From positions 81,434 through 145,433 of the forward strand of contig VHDE01000001.1 in assembly GCA_016871515.1 (NCBI GenBank): a DNA stretch of 64,000 nucleotides. The letters are read 5' to 3'. Made by a program: the position numbers and the translations under genes. This stretch comes from Verrucomicrobiota bacterium (GTDB taxonomy: Bacteria; Verrucomicrobiota; Verrucomicrobiia; Limisphaerales; SIBE01). The notes under the pieces were generated by a model. The model saw only the letters and a program-made list of their open reading frames with translations. It was not told the DNA's origin and did not search any database. Shown one piece after another: positions 1-9,598 of this stretch. Position 1 is the stretch's first letter. The number at the start of each line of letters is the position of its first letter.

Positions 1-453
1 GCGATCAAAGCGGGAGGTTCGGGCTTGCTCAATGACTCGGCTATCGCTTGGAAAAGTGAAAGGAATTCTGCGATTTCCTCGGATGTGCCGACGCCATTGT
101 TCTATCAAGATGACTTTTTCATTGTTGGCGATGCAGGCGGTGAAAACAGGAGTGCTCTTTCGCGCGTGGAGCCGAAAACCGGAAAAATCAAGTGGACCAT
201 CGAGGCTTTGCCAGGCCGCGGGAAGATCGAATCGTCACCCACCGGAGCGGATGGGAAGATTTATTTCATGCGATTTAGCGGCGATGTGATCGTCGTTGAT
301 GCGAATCAAGGCAAAGTTCTCAACGCGATTTCAATGGGTGAGGCTGGAGATAACGAAACGCGTTCATCCATCCCGGCAGCCCAAGGCCAGCTTTTCATTC
401 GCACAAACAGCAAGCTGTTTTGTATAGGCAAACAATTGGCAGGTGGATTTTAG
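1..453 (+). CDS. PQQ-like (BamB/YVTN-type) beta-propeller repeat protein, C-terminal part; the 5' end lies outside the window
   Basis: Frame 1 is open from base 1; the track M at 25 is a TTG. The translation (GKIKWT..SSPTGADGKIYFM..GDVIVVDANQGKVL..GQLFIRTNSKLFCIGK) shows repeated propeller-blade strand patterns. Stop TAG at 451-453. Confidence 0.55.
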   Translation, partial: AIKAGGSGLLNDSAIAWKSERNSAISSDVPTPLFYQDDFFIVGDAGGENRSALSRVEPKTGKIKWTIEALPGRGKIESSPTGADGKIYFMRFSGDVIVVDANQGKVLNAISMGEAGDNETRSSIPAAQGQLFIRTNSKLFCIGKQLAGGF

Positions 454-516
454 GGCGAGTTCTCGGATCGCGTCTTGACTGTCGAGGCCATGAAGGTGAA
501 GGATGTGTTTGGCGTA

Positions 517-537
517 ACGCAGACTGAAAGTCTGCGT
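517..537. repeat. Solo copy of the family hairpin module (ACGCAGACT-GAA-AGTCTGCGT)
   Basis: Perfect 9-bp stem with a 3-nt loop. It has the same architecture as GCAGAGT-NNN-ACTCTGC modules at eight other sites in the window. Confidence 0.75.
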
Positions 538-625
538 CGCGCACGAAGGCAGGCGCGCTATACACCTGCAAAATCGAGCGCTTCATTAGAGCTAAGGTTT
601 CGACAACCTCGAATTCTCGAATCAC

Positions 626-657
626 AAATCAAATCAAATCAAATCAAATCAAATCAA
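626..657 (+). repeat. Pentanucleotide microsatellite (AAATC)x6 running directly into the ATG of the S46 peptidase
   Basis: Six perfect AAATC units at 626-655. The seventh unit, AAATG, contains the start codon at 658-660. Confidence 0.95.
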
Positions 658-2730
658 ATGATCTCTCGTTTACAGATGGCCGCGATCCTAATCGCGTGGT
701 CGCTTTTGTCGGCAGCCCGCGCTGATGAAGGCATGTGGCTGTTCAATGATCCGCCACGCAAGCTAATCAAGGAGCGGTATGGATTCGACCTTACCGATCG
801 ATGGCTGGAACATCTGCAAAAAGCGTCCGTGCGCTTTAATAGCGGCGGCTCGGGATCGTTCGTTTCCGAGGAGGGTTTGGTAATGTCCAATCATCATGTG
901 GGCGCTGATTGTCTCCAGAAACTGAGCGACAAGGATCACGATTATTACCGAGATGGTTTTCATGCAAAGACACGCGCCGAGGAGAAGCGGTGTCATGACC
1001 TCGAGTTGAACGTTCTCATGAGCATCGAGAACGTAACCGACCGGGTCAACGCAGTGGTAAAGGCTGAGATGACCGCGGAACAAGCTTTTCTGGCGCGCCG
1101 GGCGATAATCGCGGAAATTGAAAAGGAATCGCTCGATAAAACCGGGCTGCGCAGCGACGTCGTGACCCTTTATCAAGGCGGCCAATATCATCTCTACCGT
1201 TTCAAGAAGTACACCGATGTGCGGTTGGTTTTCGCTCCCGAACAGCAGATTGCCTTCTTCGGCGGCGACCCCGACAACTTTGAATACCCACGCTTCGACC
1301 TTGATGTGGCTTTTTTCCGCGCTTACGAAAATGATAAGCCGGCCAAGATCGAACATTACCTTAAATGGAGCAAAGCGGGAGCTGCCGAGAACGAGCTGAT
1401 CTTCGTTTCAGGACATCCGGGCCGAACGAGCCGCTTGATGACCGTGGCTGAGTTGGAATATCAGCGCGATCAGCGGTTGCCTTACATCTTAAGCCGGCTT
1501 TATCGCATGGAGGTGTTGTTAACGGCCTACAGTGCGCGCGATGCCGAGAACGCAAGGCGAGCCAAGGAAGAATTGTTCGGGGTACAAAACAGCCGCAAGG
1601 CGCTCAATGGCGGACAGGCGGCGTTGCTTGATGCCAATTTGATCAAAAGCAAAAAGGCCGCCGAAGAGAAATTGAAGCAAGCAGTCAAGGATAACCCGCA
1701 ATTCAAGGACGCTGCTTCAGCGTGGGACCGGATTGAGGAAGCGCAAAAGGCTATCGGGCAGCACGCCGTCCGGTTTAACTTGCTCGAGAGCGGCGACGCC
1801 TTTCGAAGCACGCTCTTTAGCATTGCGCGCACCTTGGTTCGAGCTGCCCAAGAACGGCCAAAGCCAAATCGTGAGCGGCTGCGTGAATTTGGCGAGTCCG
1901 GCCGTGAATCGCTCGAATTCCAGCTTTTCTCCGAGGAACCGCTTTATGATGATTTCGAGCAATTAAAATTGGCCGATGCGCTGACTTGGATGATCAGCCA
2001 ACTGGGTTACAAGGATCCGTTGGTTCAGCAAGTTCTGATGGGCAAGTCTCCCCAAGCGAGGGCAGGGGAGTTGGTGAGCGGGACGAAGGTCAAGGATGTT
2101 GCTGTGCGGAAGAAGCTCTATGCGGAAGGCAAAGCGGCCATCGACGCTTCGAACGATCCGATGATCAAGCTGGCGCAATTGGTCGATGCGGAAGCGCGGG
2201 CGGCGCGGAAAATTGTCGAGACTCAGAACGAAATCAAACAGCAAGCGCACGCGCAAATCGGCAAAGCGCGGTTCGCGGTCGAAGGCACGAGCACGTACCC
2301 TGATGCGACATTCACCTTGCGTCTCGCCTACGGAGCTGTGAAGAGCTACGAGGAAAATGGGCGGCGCATTCCCTTTCAAACATCCTTTGCCGGCCTTTAT
2401 GAACGCGCCGGGCAGCAAAAGTACAAACCACCGTTCGATTTGCCGCCGGCGTGGGTGAAACGGAAGGGCAAGCTCGATTTGAAAACTCCGTACAACTTTG
2501 TCAGCACGGCGGATATTATCGGTGGCAATTCCGGCAGCCCGGTCATCAATCGCCAAAGCGAAGTTGTGGGTCTGATCTTTGATGGGAACATCTATTCGCT
2601 CGCGCTCGATTACAGTTATACGGATCTGCTAGCCCGCGCCATCTCAGTCCATTCCCAGTCCATCATCGAGGCGTTGCGAAAGGTGTACGATGCCGGCAAG
2701 CTTGCGGACGAGATCACGAAGAGCCGGTGA
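658..2730 (+). CDS. Peptidase S46 family (dipeptidyl-peptidase 7/11-like serine protease), secreted
   Basis: ATG at 658 gives the signal peptide MISRLQMAAILIAWSLLSAARA followed by the conserved DEGMW start of mature S46 enzymes. A His motif (SNHHVG) and the Ser motif GGNSGSPVIN are present. The upstream part of the 751-aa ORF starts at a TTG and covers repeats. Confidence 0.9.
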   Translation: MISRLQMAAILIAWSLLSAARADEGMWLFNDPPRKLIKERYGFDLTDRWLEHLQKASVRFNSGGSGSFVSEEGLVMSNHHVGADCLQKLSDKDHDYYRDGFHAKTRAEEKRCHDLELNVLMSIENVTDRVNAVVKAEMTAEQAFLARRAIIAEIEKESLDKTGLRSDVVTLYQGGQYHLYRFKKYTDVRLVFAPEQQIAFFGGDPDNFEYPRFDLDVAFFRAYENDKPAKIEHYLKWSKAGAAENELIFVSGHPGRTSRLMTVAELEYQRDQRLPYILSRLYRMEVLLTAYSARDAENARRAKEELFGVQNSRKALNGGQAALLDANLIKSKKAAEEKLKQAVKDNPQFKDAASAWDRIEEAQKAIGQHAVRFNLLESGDAFRSTLFSIARTLVRAAQERPKPNRERLREFGESGRESLEFQLFSEEPLYDDFEQLKLADALTWMISQLGYKDPLVQQVLMGKSPQARAGELVSGTKVKDVAVRKKLYAEGKAAIDASNDPMIKLAQLVDAEARAARKIVETQNEIKQQAHAQIGKARFAVEGTSTYPDATFTLRLAYGAVKSYEENGRRIPFQTSFAGLYERAGQQKYKPPFDLPPAWVKRKGKLDLKTPYNFVSTADIIGGNSGSPVINRQSEVVGLIFDGNIYSLALDYSYTDLLARAISVHSQSIIEALRKVYDAGKLADEITKSR

Positions 2731-2851
2731 GTAGTGGGCCGGCAGTTCAGCACTCACTGTAAGCACCGGTGCATAATATCCGGATGCACCGTTACCGAAC
2801 GGATTTCCATTCAGATTCCTGCGCGGTACGGTATAGGTAATTACCGCGCAC

Positions 2852-5341
2852 ATGGACGCAAAGCATCTAGAACAGTGCCGCGCACAGCTTCGCAATGGCA
2901 CACCGTTGATAGGAGCTTTGTCGCGATATTGGGCTGTGCGCGCACTAGCCAGGGATGCTTCGCCTGAAAGCATTCGCTTCCTAGCGCAAGCGGTCGCCGA
3001 AAGTGAGTTTGAATCCGTGCGCCGGGCAGGGTTGATCGCCCTGCGACGGTTGACCGACCAACGTTCGATTGACAGCGTGTGTGCGGTCTGGGCCGAACTG
3101 CGGCATCCCGCGTTGGCAGCATTCCTCAGAGAACAAGGTTGGATGGGCTCAGCGCCGGCTCAGGTGAAAGTTCTGACGGCGTTGCGCGCGCACCGAATTG
3201 AGGAGCTTGTCGAGACAGGCGCGGAGATTGTCGATCCTCTCGTTGAAGCGTGCCACGACTCCGACATTGATATTGCGCGGCAAGCGCGGCTGTTGTTGCC
3301 ACGGTTGCGCAATGCCGCCGCCATCGACGCGCTTTGTTTGCGGTGGAGCGCTAAACGCGAGGTGATTTTGGCCGATGTCCTGGCGCAAGGTGGCTTTGTC
3401 TCGCGCGGGCCGGCTCGGGCACGAGTGCTTTCGGCTTTGAAGTTAGGTCGCATTGAAATCGTAACATCAGGGCGTGGGGACATCGTTCCACCCTTGGTCC
3501 AGGCCTGTCAGGATGTTGATCCAGTGATCGCCGAACGCGCCTTCACCGCCGCGCACCAATTAAAGCAGGTCGAAGCGCAGGAGGCTCTCTGCCGTCTTGT
3601 CCTCGAACGTGAACAGCCATTGGCCCGAGAGATTGTTGTAACCGCGCGATATGCTCCAGCAAATCCCACGACGCGGGCGTTGTTCTATTTTCTGACGGAT
3701 CAGTGGGAGCAATACGCGAGCCTCGACTTCGATCAGCGATTGCTTGGCGCAGCTTACGAGGCGGCGGATAAAACACTGCGCTGTCGCATTGCAGAGAAGG
3801 CCCGTCGCGCCGGACGAACGGAGTGGATTGCGGTCATTGCCGGCGGCCGACAGGACCGGCGGCTTAACGAGATGACGGACGAGGAATGGGAAGCCGCGTT
3901 GGCTGTGCTCGTGGAAAGCGAACGCTGGCCCGAAATGTGGCGTCTGGCGCAGGTGACCTCGGCCAATTGGAGCGTTCGTTTGCTCGTTCAACTTAAACAA
4001 AGCGATTGGAGGCCGGACGATAAGCGCGAACGAGATGGCTTGTCCCGATTGATGGACTTGGCGCTGCTGTGCAATCAGGAGCCGCCTTTTCTCGGCAGGT
4101 TGATGCGTTGCGCGGCGCCACTGGAAGGACACACGGATCATGTCAGTTGCGTGGCCATCAGCCGGGATGGACGGACCCTCCTTAGCGCGGGCAACGACGC
4201 TACCGTGCGTTTGTGGGATTTTTTCGACAAGCAACCCGCCAAAACTCTGAGCAACCATGCAGATTGGATCGCTTGTCTGTCGCTCAGTCTCGATGAAATG
4301 CTCTTCGCAACCGGAAGCCGGGACCACACCGCCAATCTCTGGAGTTATCCAAACGGAACGTTGGTGAAACGATTGGAAGGTCACAGCGGCGATATTCATT
4401 GCCTCGCCTTCACTCCGGATGGCCGCCTCCTAACAACAGGAAGCGCTGATCAAACCGTGCGTTTGTGGAAGATGCCCTCCGGCGAAGCGTTGACCGTCTT
4501 GAAGGGACATTCGGATATTGTCAGTTGTTTGGCCGTCAGTCCCGACGGCCGCTTCTTGGCCAGCGGAAGTTACGACAATCAGGTTCGTCTTTGGAGCCTG
4601 CCCAGTGGACAGGCGAGGGGAACGTTGCGCGGACATAAGGCAATGGTGAATTGCCTGCAATTCAGTCCGGATGGTCAGACGCTGGCCAGCGCAGGCAAAG
4701 ATCGATCCGTCCTGCTTTGGAGTGTCACAGACGGAACGCGGCTAAGCCGCTTGAAAGGGCATCGCGATGATATCAGTTGCATGGCGATCAGTGCCGACGG
4801 ACGAGTGCTGGCCACCGGCAGTTGGGACTCGACGGTGCGGCTCTGGAGCATGCCGTCTGGGGAACTCATCGATACGCTCGTCGCCACCGGGACAATGGAT
4901 GGGCACTCAGGCTGGGTGACATGTTTGGCGTTCAGTCCGGATGACCAAGTACTGGCCAGTGGGGGAGCGGACGGTACGGTGCGTCTATGGAGTGTTCCTG
5001 GTGGGGCTCCGCTGAAGGTTCTTGATGAGCATCGCGACCGCGTGCAGTGCCTCTGCTTTAGTTCTGATGGCCGAATGCTCGTCAGTGGCAGTTGGGACAG
5101 CCGGATTTGCGTTTGGAAGTCTGAACTCGCGCGGCTGCGACAAATGCCCGCCGGACGGACAACTTGGGAGGACATGGAATGGACGGAAGAAGTTCTATCC
5201 AATTCGACGCTCTCCGTTCCGGAGCGAAGCTGGCTCGAGTTTTTGCTGGCGCTAATGCGCTGGCGAAGGCGCTACGATATTGACTTGGGCGAATCGACAC
5301 GCATACCGGTGGGTGAGTTTGATATCGAGATCGAAGGGTAA
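2852..5341 (+). CDS. HEAT-repeat / WD40-repeat fusion protein (829 aa)
   Basis: The N-terminal ~400 aa are helical repeats with recurring motifs (VDPLVEACHDSD / VPPLVQACQDVD). The C-terminal half has about 9 WD40 units (GH..xV.C[LV]A[FI]SPDG..LA[ST]G..D.TVRLW). Confidence 0.85.
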   Translation: MDAKHLEQCRAQLRNGTPLIGALSRYWAVRALARDASPESIRFLAQAVAESEFESVRRAGLIALRRLTDQRSIDSVCAVWAELRHPALAAFLREQGWMGSAPAQVKVLTALRAHRIEELVETGAEIVDPLVEACHDSDIDIARQARLLLPRLRNAAAIDALCLRWSAKREVILADVLAQGGFVSRGPARARVLSALKLGRIEIVTSGRGDIVPPLVQACQDVDPVIAERAFTAAHQLKQVEAQEALCRLVLEREQPLAREIVVTARYAPANPTTRALFYFLTDQWEQYASLDFDQRLLGAAYEAADKTLRCRIAEKARRAGRTEWIAVIAGGRQDRRLNEMTDEEWEAALAVLVESERWPEMWRLAQVTSANWSVRLLVQLKQSDWRPDDKRERDGLSRLMDLALLCNQEPPFLGRLMRCAAPLEGHTDHVSCVAISRDGRTLLSAGNDATVRLWDFFDKQPAKTLSNHADWIACLSLSLDEMLFATGSRDHTANLWSYPNGTLVKRLEGHSGDIHCLAFTPDGRLLTTGSADQTVRLWKMPSGEALTVLKGHSDIVSCLAVSPDGRFLASGSYDNQVRLWSLPSGQARGTLRGHKAMVNCLQFSPDGQTLASAGKDRSVLLWSVTDGTRLSRLKGHRDDISCMAISADGRVLATGSWDSTVRLWSMPSGELIDTLVATGTMDGHSGWVTCLAFSPDDQVLASGGADGTVRLWSVPGGAPLKVLDEHRDRVQCLCFSSDGRMLVSGSWDSRICVWKSELARLRQMPAGRTTWEDMEWTEEVLSNSTLSVPERSWLEFLLALMRWRRRYDIDLGESTRIPVGEFDIEIEG

Positions 5342-5488
5342 GCAATGGGAGCGCGGACTGCCAAGTCCCCGCGTTTCTTCGCTTTATTTAATCGTCTGAC
5401 ACGCGGACTCGGCGGTCCGCGCTCCCATACGGACGACGTTGGCGCACTTGCTAAATGGACGCCAAACCGATTATTTTCGAAGTCATCG

Positions 5489-7101
5489 ATGTTGAAGTGT
5501 CTGAAGATCGTTTGTGTTGGGCTCGTCTGGTGTTTGGGGTTGACCGCTGTTGCTGTTGAGTCGGTCGATTACAACCGCGACATACGGCCGATTCTCTCAG
5601 CCAATTGCTTTGCCTGTCACGGACCCGACGAAAACGCTCGAAAAGCAAAGCTCCGACTCGATCAGTCCGAAGCCGCCAAGGCACAACGCGAAGGTGGTCC
5701 TGCTATTGTTCCTGGCGATGCCGGCAAGAGGGAGGTTGTGCGGCGAATCACCTCCACCGATCCGGACGAGGTCATGCCGCCTCCGAAATCGGGCCACAAG
5801 TTAACCACCGATCAGAGTGAAATGATCACGCGCTGGATTCGCGAGGGAGCGCCGTATGCGGTGCACTGGTCTTACACGCCGCCAAAGCGGCCACCGCTTC
5901 CAACTGTGAGGGACACGAGTTGGTTGCGGAATCCCATCGATTACTTCGTTCTCGGGAAACTGGAGAAAAATGGCATGTCGCCAGAACCCGAGGCAAGCAA
6001 GCAGGCTCTCGTTCGCCGACTTTCACCCGACCTCATTGGATTGGCGCCGACGCTATAGGAAGCCGACGCGTTTGTCGCGGATAACTCGCCAAACGCCTAT
6101 GAAAAGCTCGTGGACCGCCTCTTAGCGTCGGAGCACTTCGGAGAACATTGGGCACGCATGTGGCTGGATTTAGCGCGTTACGCGGATACCAAAGGCTACG
6201 AAAAGGATCAGGCGCGTTCGATCTGGAGGTGCCGCGATTGGGTGATCGACGCCTTCGATACAGACATGCCGTACGATCAGTTTACTCGCGAGCAATTAGC
6301 GGGCGACTTGCTTCCGAATGCCACCGAATCGCAGATTCTCGCAATGGAATCGAAGCTGTCAACTTTGCGCGAAGCATTTTGGGCGAAGTCACCGGCCCAG
6401 GCAGAAGGTCAGGCGGCGTGGGGAAGGAAAATCGCCGCACCAAATCCCTGGACGCCACTTAAGTTTATTTCGGGCGCGGGAATTGGCGGATCATCGCTGA
6501 CAGCTCGCGAGGACGGCAGCATCGCGGTTTCTGGAGTGTTTCCCGAGGCCGAGACGAACGTGATCCACGTTGCGGCGCCAAACGAACTGCTGAGCGCGAT
6601 GCGGATCGAGTTGCTCAACGATGAAGGAGTGAAAGGACCGGGCAGGAACAGCGCTGATCGCAACGTCGTCGTTTCCGAACTGATTGTCGCGTGGGAGAAA
6701 CGCGATGGAGCCATCGAACCTGTCAAGCTGAAGAACGCTCCCGCGGATTTCTCGATTCGACGCTGATTGTTTGGGGAGGCGAGTTCGGGCGGACGCCGAT
6801 GATGCAAAACAACGTTCGAACTGAATTGAAGAAAGGATACATTGGGCGCGATCATCATCCGCACGCCTTTACAATGTGGATGGCCGGCGGCGGGATCAAA
6901 CCTGGGCTGGCCTACGGAGCAACCGACGACATCGGTTATTACGGGGTTGAAAACAAAGTGAGCATTCGCGATCTTCAAGCAACTCTCCTTCACTGCCTAG
7001 GCCTCGATCCGCACAAGTCTAGTTTTGCCTACCAGGGATTGAATAACCGGTTGATCGGGCCAACGGACGAAGCGCGAGTCGCGCATGATATTCTGACGTA
7101 A
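5489..7101 (+). pseudogene. Decayed PSCyt1-DUF1549-DUF1553 gene fused by deletion to the C-terminus of a DUF1501 gene
   Basis: Signal peptide plus a CFACH heme motif. In-frame TAG at 6056-6058 inside the DUF1549 region. About 95 aa, including the CxxCHxHKYDP block, are missing at ~6345 relative to the intact paralog at 12760-15975. At 6743-6751 the frame switches to the DUF1501 C-terminus ([30 protein letters not shown]). Confidence 0.85.
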
Positions 7102-7108
7102 ACGCCTT

Positions 7109-7130
7109 GGCGGCCGGCCGCCGGTTTTCT
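7109..7130 (+). terminator. Candidate rho-independent terminator
   Basis: GC palindrome GGCGGCCGGCCGCC followed by GGTTTTCT, 8 nt after the stop at 7101. Confidence 0.4.
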
Positions 7131-7204
7131 AACGAGACTTAAAGGAGAAAGGGACGAATCTCATCGCTGCCGATCCAGGCAAATCTCCGCCATTCCGCTC
7201 ACCT

Positions 7205-8512
7205 CTATGGCTTGCGTTCCCGGCAGCCTTCATGCCGCAAGGTAATTCCTCCCGCCGGACGCAGCGTCACGCCATTGAGGAAAGGCCGAATGGCTGCGTC
7301 CGACTCGAGCCGGAATCGGTGCATGCTCAACAGCGTGCCGAGCGCGATTTGCAATTCGTAATTGGCAAACGCGGCGCCGATACAACGCCGATCTCCGCCG
7401 CCAAAAGGGAAAAACTCATAGGGCGAATATTTCTTGTTCAGGAAACGCTCGGGCCGGAACGACCAGGGATCAGGGAAGATCAAGGGGTCGAAGTGCGTGG
7501 TGAAGATCACGGGATGAAAGACTGTTCCCGCGGGGTAGTCATGGCCCCGCAAAGCAGCGTCGCGAGTGAGGCGGCGCCGCATGAACGGCACGATGGGATG
7601 CAGGCGGAGGGTCTCGTCGCAAACAGCGCTCAGGAATGGGAGCTTCGATAGTGCCTCGGGTTCTTGGCCACAGTTAGCGATCTCGCCGCGGAGCTTCTCG
7701 AGAACTTCTGGATGGCGATGGAGCCGCCAGAGCGCCCAGCCCAGTGTTGTGGCAGTCGTCTCGTGCCCGGCAATCACCAGGGTGCGTAATTCATCGACAA
7801 TTTCGTCATCGGACATCGGTTCGTCATTTTCATCCCGCGCGCCGAGCAAGAGGGAAAGAATGTCCTGACGGTCCGCATCGCGCGTGGCTCGCCCACGAAC
7901 GATCTCTTCGCGCAATAGGGCGGCGAGCGCATGCACGCTTTTCTGGTAACGCGCCCAAGGCGCGAAGAAAGTCCGATGCAAAACAGGCAGGAACATGCGC
8001 CAAGCCGGAAAGGCCGCGACGTTGCTGGTGATAACGTCGCGAAAGCGTTCGACGCGCGCCGCATCTTGCACTCCGAACACTGCGCGGACGATAACTTCGA
8101 GAGAAATCCGCTGCGTCATATCGAGTATCGCCACTTCGCTTCCCTCGACGAGGCTGCCTGCGTGACGCACCGTCGCATCAGTAATGATCTTTGCGTAAGC
8201 GCGCATCCGGCATCCGTGGAATGGCGGCATCATCAACTGGCGCTTTCGTTTGTGCCGCGCTCCGGTTGCGAGGACGATCGATCGTTCTCCCAGGAGGGGT
8301 GTGACAATTTCGTTGGGGGCTTGGAACAGATCGGACTCGCCCCCAAAAACCTCCGCGATCAACGCTGGATCACCGGTTGCGACACCCGGTCCGTTCACCA
8401 ATGACATCCGAAACGTCCGCCCATAACGCGCCGCCAGCTCTTGCATCAGTGCGAGAGGGTCGTTTGCCAAACACCATGTCATCCATGCCGCGCCGGCCTT
8501 TCCTCCCCGCAT
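7205..8512 (-). CDS. Cytochrome P450
   Basis: Heme-binding loop FPFGGGDRRCIGAAFA, K-helix ETLRLHP, I-helix-like AGHETTA. Confidence 0.9.
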   Translation of the reverse strand: MRGGKAGAAWMTWCLANDPLALMQELAARYGRTFRMSLVNGPGVATGDPALIAEVFGGESDLFQAPNEIVTPLLGERSIVLATGARHKRKRQLMMPPFHGCRMRAYAKIITDATVRHAGSLVEGSEVAILDMTQRISLEVIVRAVFGVQDAARVERFRDVITSNVAAFPAWRMFLPVLHRTFFAPWARYQKSVHALAALLREEIVRGRATRDADRQDILSLLLGARDENDEPMSDDEIVDELRTLVIAGHETTATTLGWALWRLHRHPEVLEKLRGEIANCGQEPEALSKLPFLSAVCDETLRLHPIVPFMRRRLTRDAALRGHDYPAGTVFHPVIFTTHFDPLIFPDPWSFRPERFLNKKYSPYEFFPFGGGDRRCIGAAFANYELQIALGTLLSMHRFRLESDAAIRPFLNGVTLRPAGGITLRHEGCRERKP

Positions 8513-8636
8513 CGAGAATCTTCAGTTCCTGAAGCGATTCGAAGGAGTCGGCGGGATTCTGGCCAAACGCAGCCTCCACTTCTCCGCGCAATCTTGCGAG
8601 CCACTCGGCGTGTTTCAAAAGTTGCACCACGGACAA
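8513..8636 (-). pseudogene. Orphan ~40-aa fragment of a second P450 (region around helices J/K) abutting the start of the intact P450
   Basis: VVQLLKHAEWLARLRGEVEAAFGQNPADSFESLQELKILDA parallels WRLHRHPEVLEKLRGEIANCGQEPEALSKLPFLSA of the neighbouring P450. It is in a different frame and has no N- or C-terminal parts. Confidence 0.55.
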
Positions 8637-8655
8637 TTACGAAATCACCTATATC

Positions 8656-9027
8656 ATGCACAACCAGCAGCCATGGGCGAAGCGATCTGACAAGGCGTGC
8701 CTGGCGACCTACAACCCCATCAGCAAAATCGATCCGAAGAAGGTCCTCAAGAGATGGTGGTTCCAGCATATTGTGCACGACGTTTTTCACATTGCGGTTC
8801 TCGTGCCGCTGTTTCGTTTCGTCCAGGGCAAAAGGCGTTCCTGGCACTGCGGCGCGCACACCTTGATGAACAGCCAGGAGACGTGCTTCGTGACCGGCCT
8901 CGCCGCCGCAAGACAACTGGGCGCCGACTACCCCTTCAACGATCGCGAAGCCGCCGGCTGGTTCAACTTTTACGGCCGCCTCCTCTACGGTTGGAAGTTT
9001 AAGAAAGCGCGTGTTAAGGCGTCGTGA
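8656..9027 (+). pseudogene. C-terminal fragment of a FAD/NAD-binding amine-oxidase-like oxidoreductase
   Basis: The 123-aa ORF resembles only the C-terminal end of such enzymes (..WWFQHIVHDVF...QGKRRSWHCGAHT...GLAAARQLG). No N-terminal dinucleotide-binding domain lies upstream. Confidence 0.4.
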
Positions 9028-9060
9028 TGCCTGGTGACCCAGCCGTCCGGCGTCTCATCG

Positions 9061-9531
9061 TCACGTGGGATCATGCGAAACCGCTGCAGATTGAAAATTC
9101 AGAATTACAGCGAAACTCTGCGCTTCGACGGAGTGGTGCCGCGATGCGTCGGCATGCGGTCCGGTGCATCCGGAAGTGGCCGGCACATCGTAGCGGCGGG
9201 CATCCTGCCTGCCGCAGAGCCGAGGCATCCTGCCCGGCGGATCCTTGAAGAAATGGCCGTCCGGTTCCTTGAGAAACACGCCCGCGTTGATCGAAGTTCC
9301 GCCTCCGCGGACGCTTCCGGTGAGGACCCAGCTGCCGGCTTTCGTTTGCTGGCGATTTGTGGCCGAGCCACCGCGGACTGCGGGCCAACCGGCTCCCGTT
9401 TGAGTGAGGGGTTCTTCTTCCGTGCGCTTGCCCCGTTCCAACAGCAGAGTCTTTCCCTTCTTTGATAGCGCACTTGCCAAAGCGCAACCGGACGCGCCAC
9501 CGCCAATAACTATGAAATTGCAGGAGTTCAT
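9061..9531 (-). pseudogene. N-terminal fragment of a GMC-family FAD oxidoreductase
   Basis: FIVIGGGASGCALASALS..LLLERG (dinucleotide fold) and GGGTSINAGVF are present in the first ~95 codons. The remainder of the ORF is not GMC-like, and the ~400-aa body is absent. Confidence 0.6.
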
Positions 9532-9598
9532 GTCTTTCGCCGACGTCTGTTACGTCAGCGACGTAAAACGAGCTGGAGCTCCCGAATAATGCTGCGCT

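Noticed and set aside
2644-2973. The minus-strand ORF spanning the S46/WD40 intergenic region (..NGNPFGNGASGYYAPVLTVSAELP..), considered as a possible gene remnant.
   Set aside because: It has no recognisable family signature. It overlaps the ends of two supported plus-strand genes.
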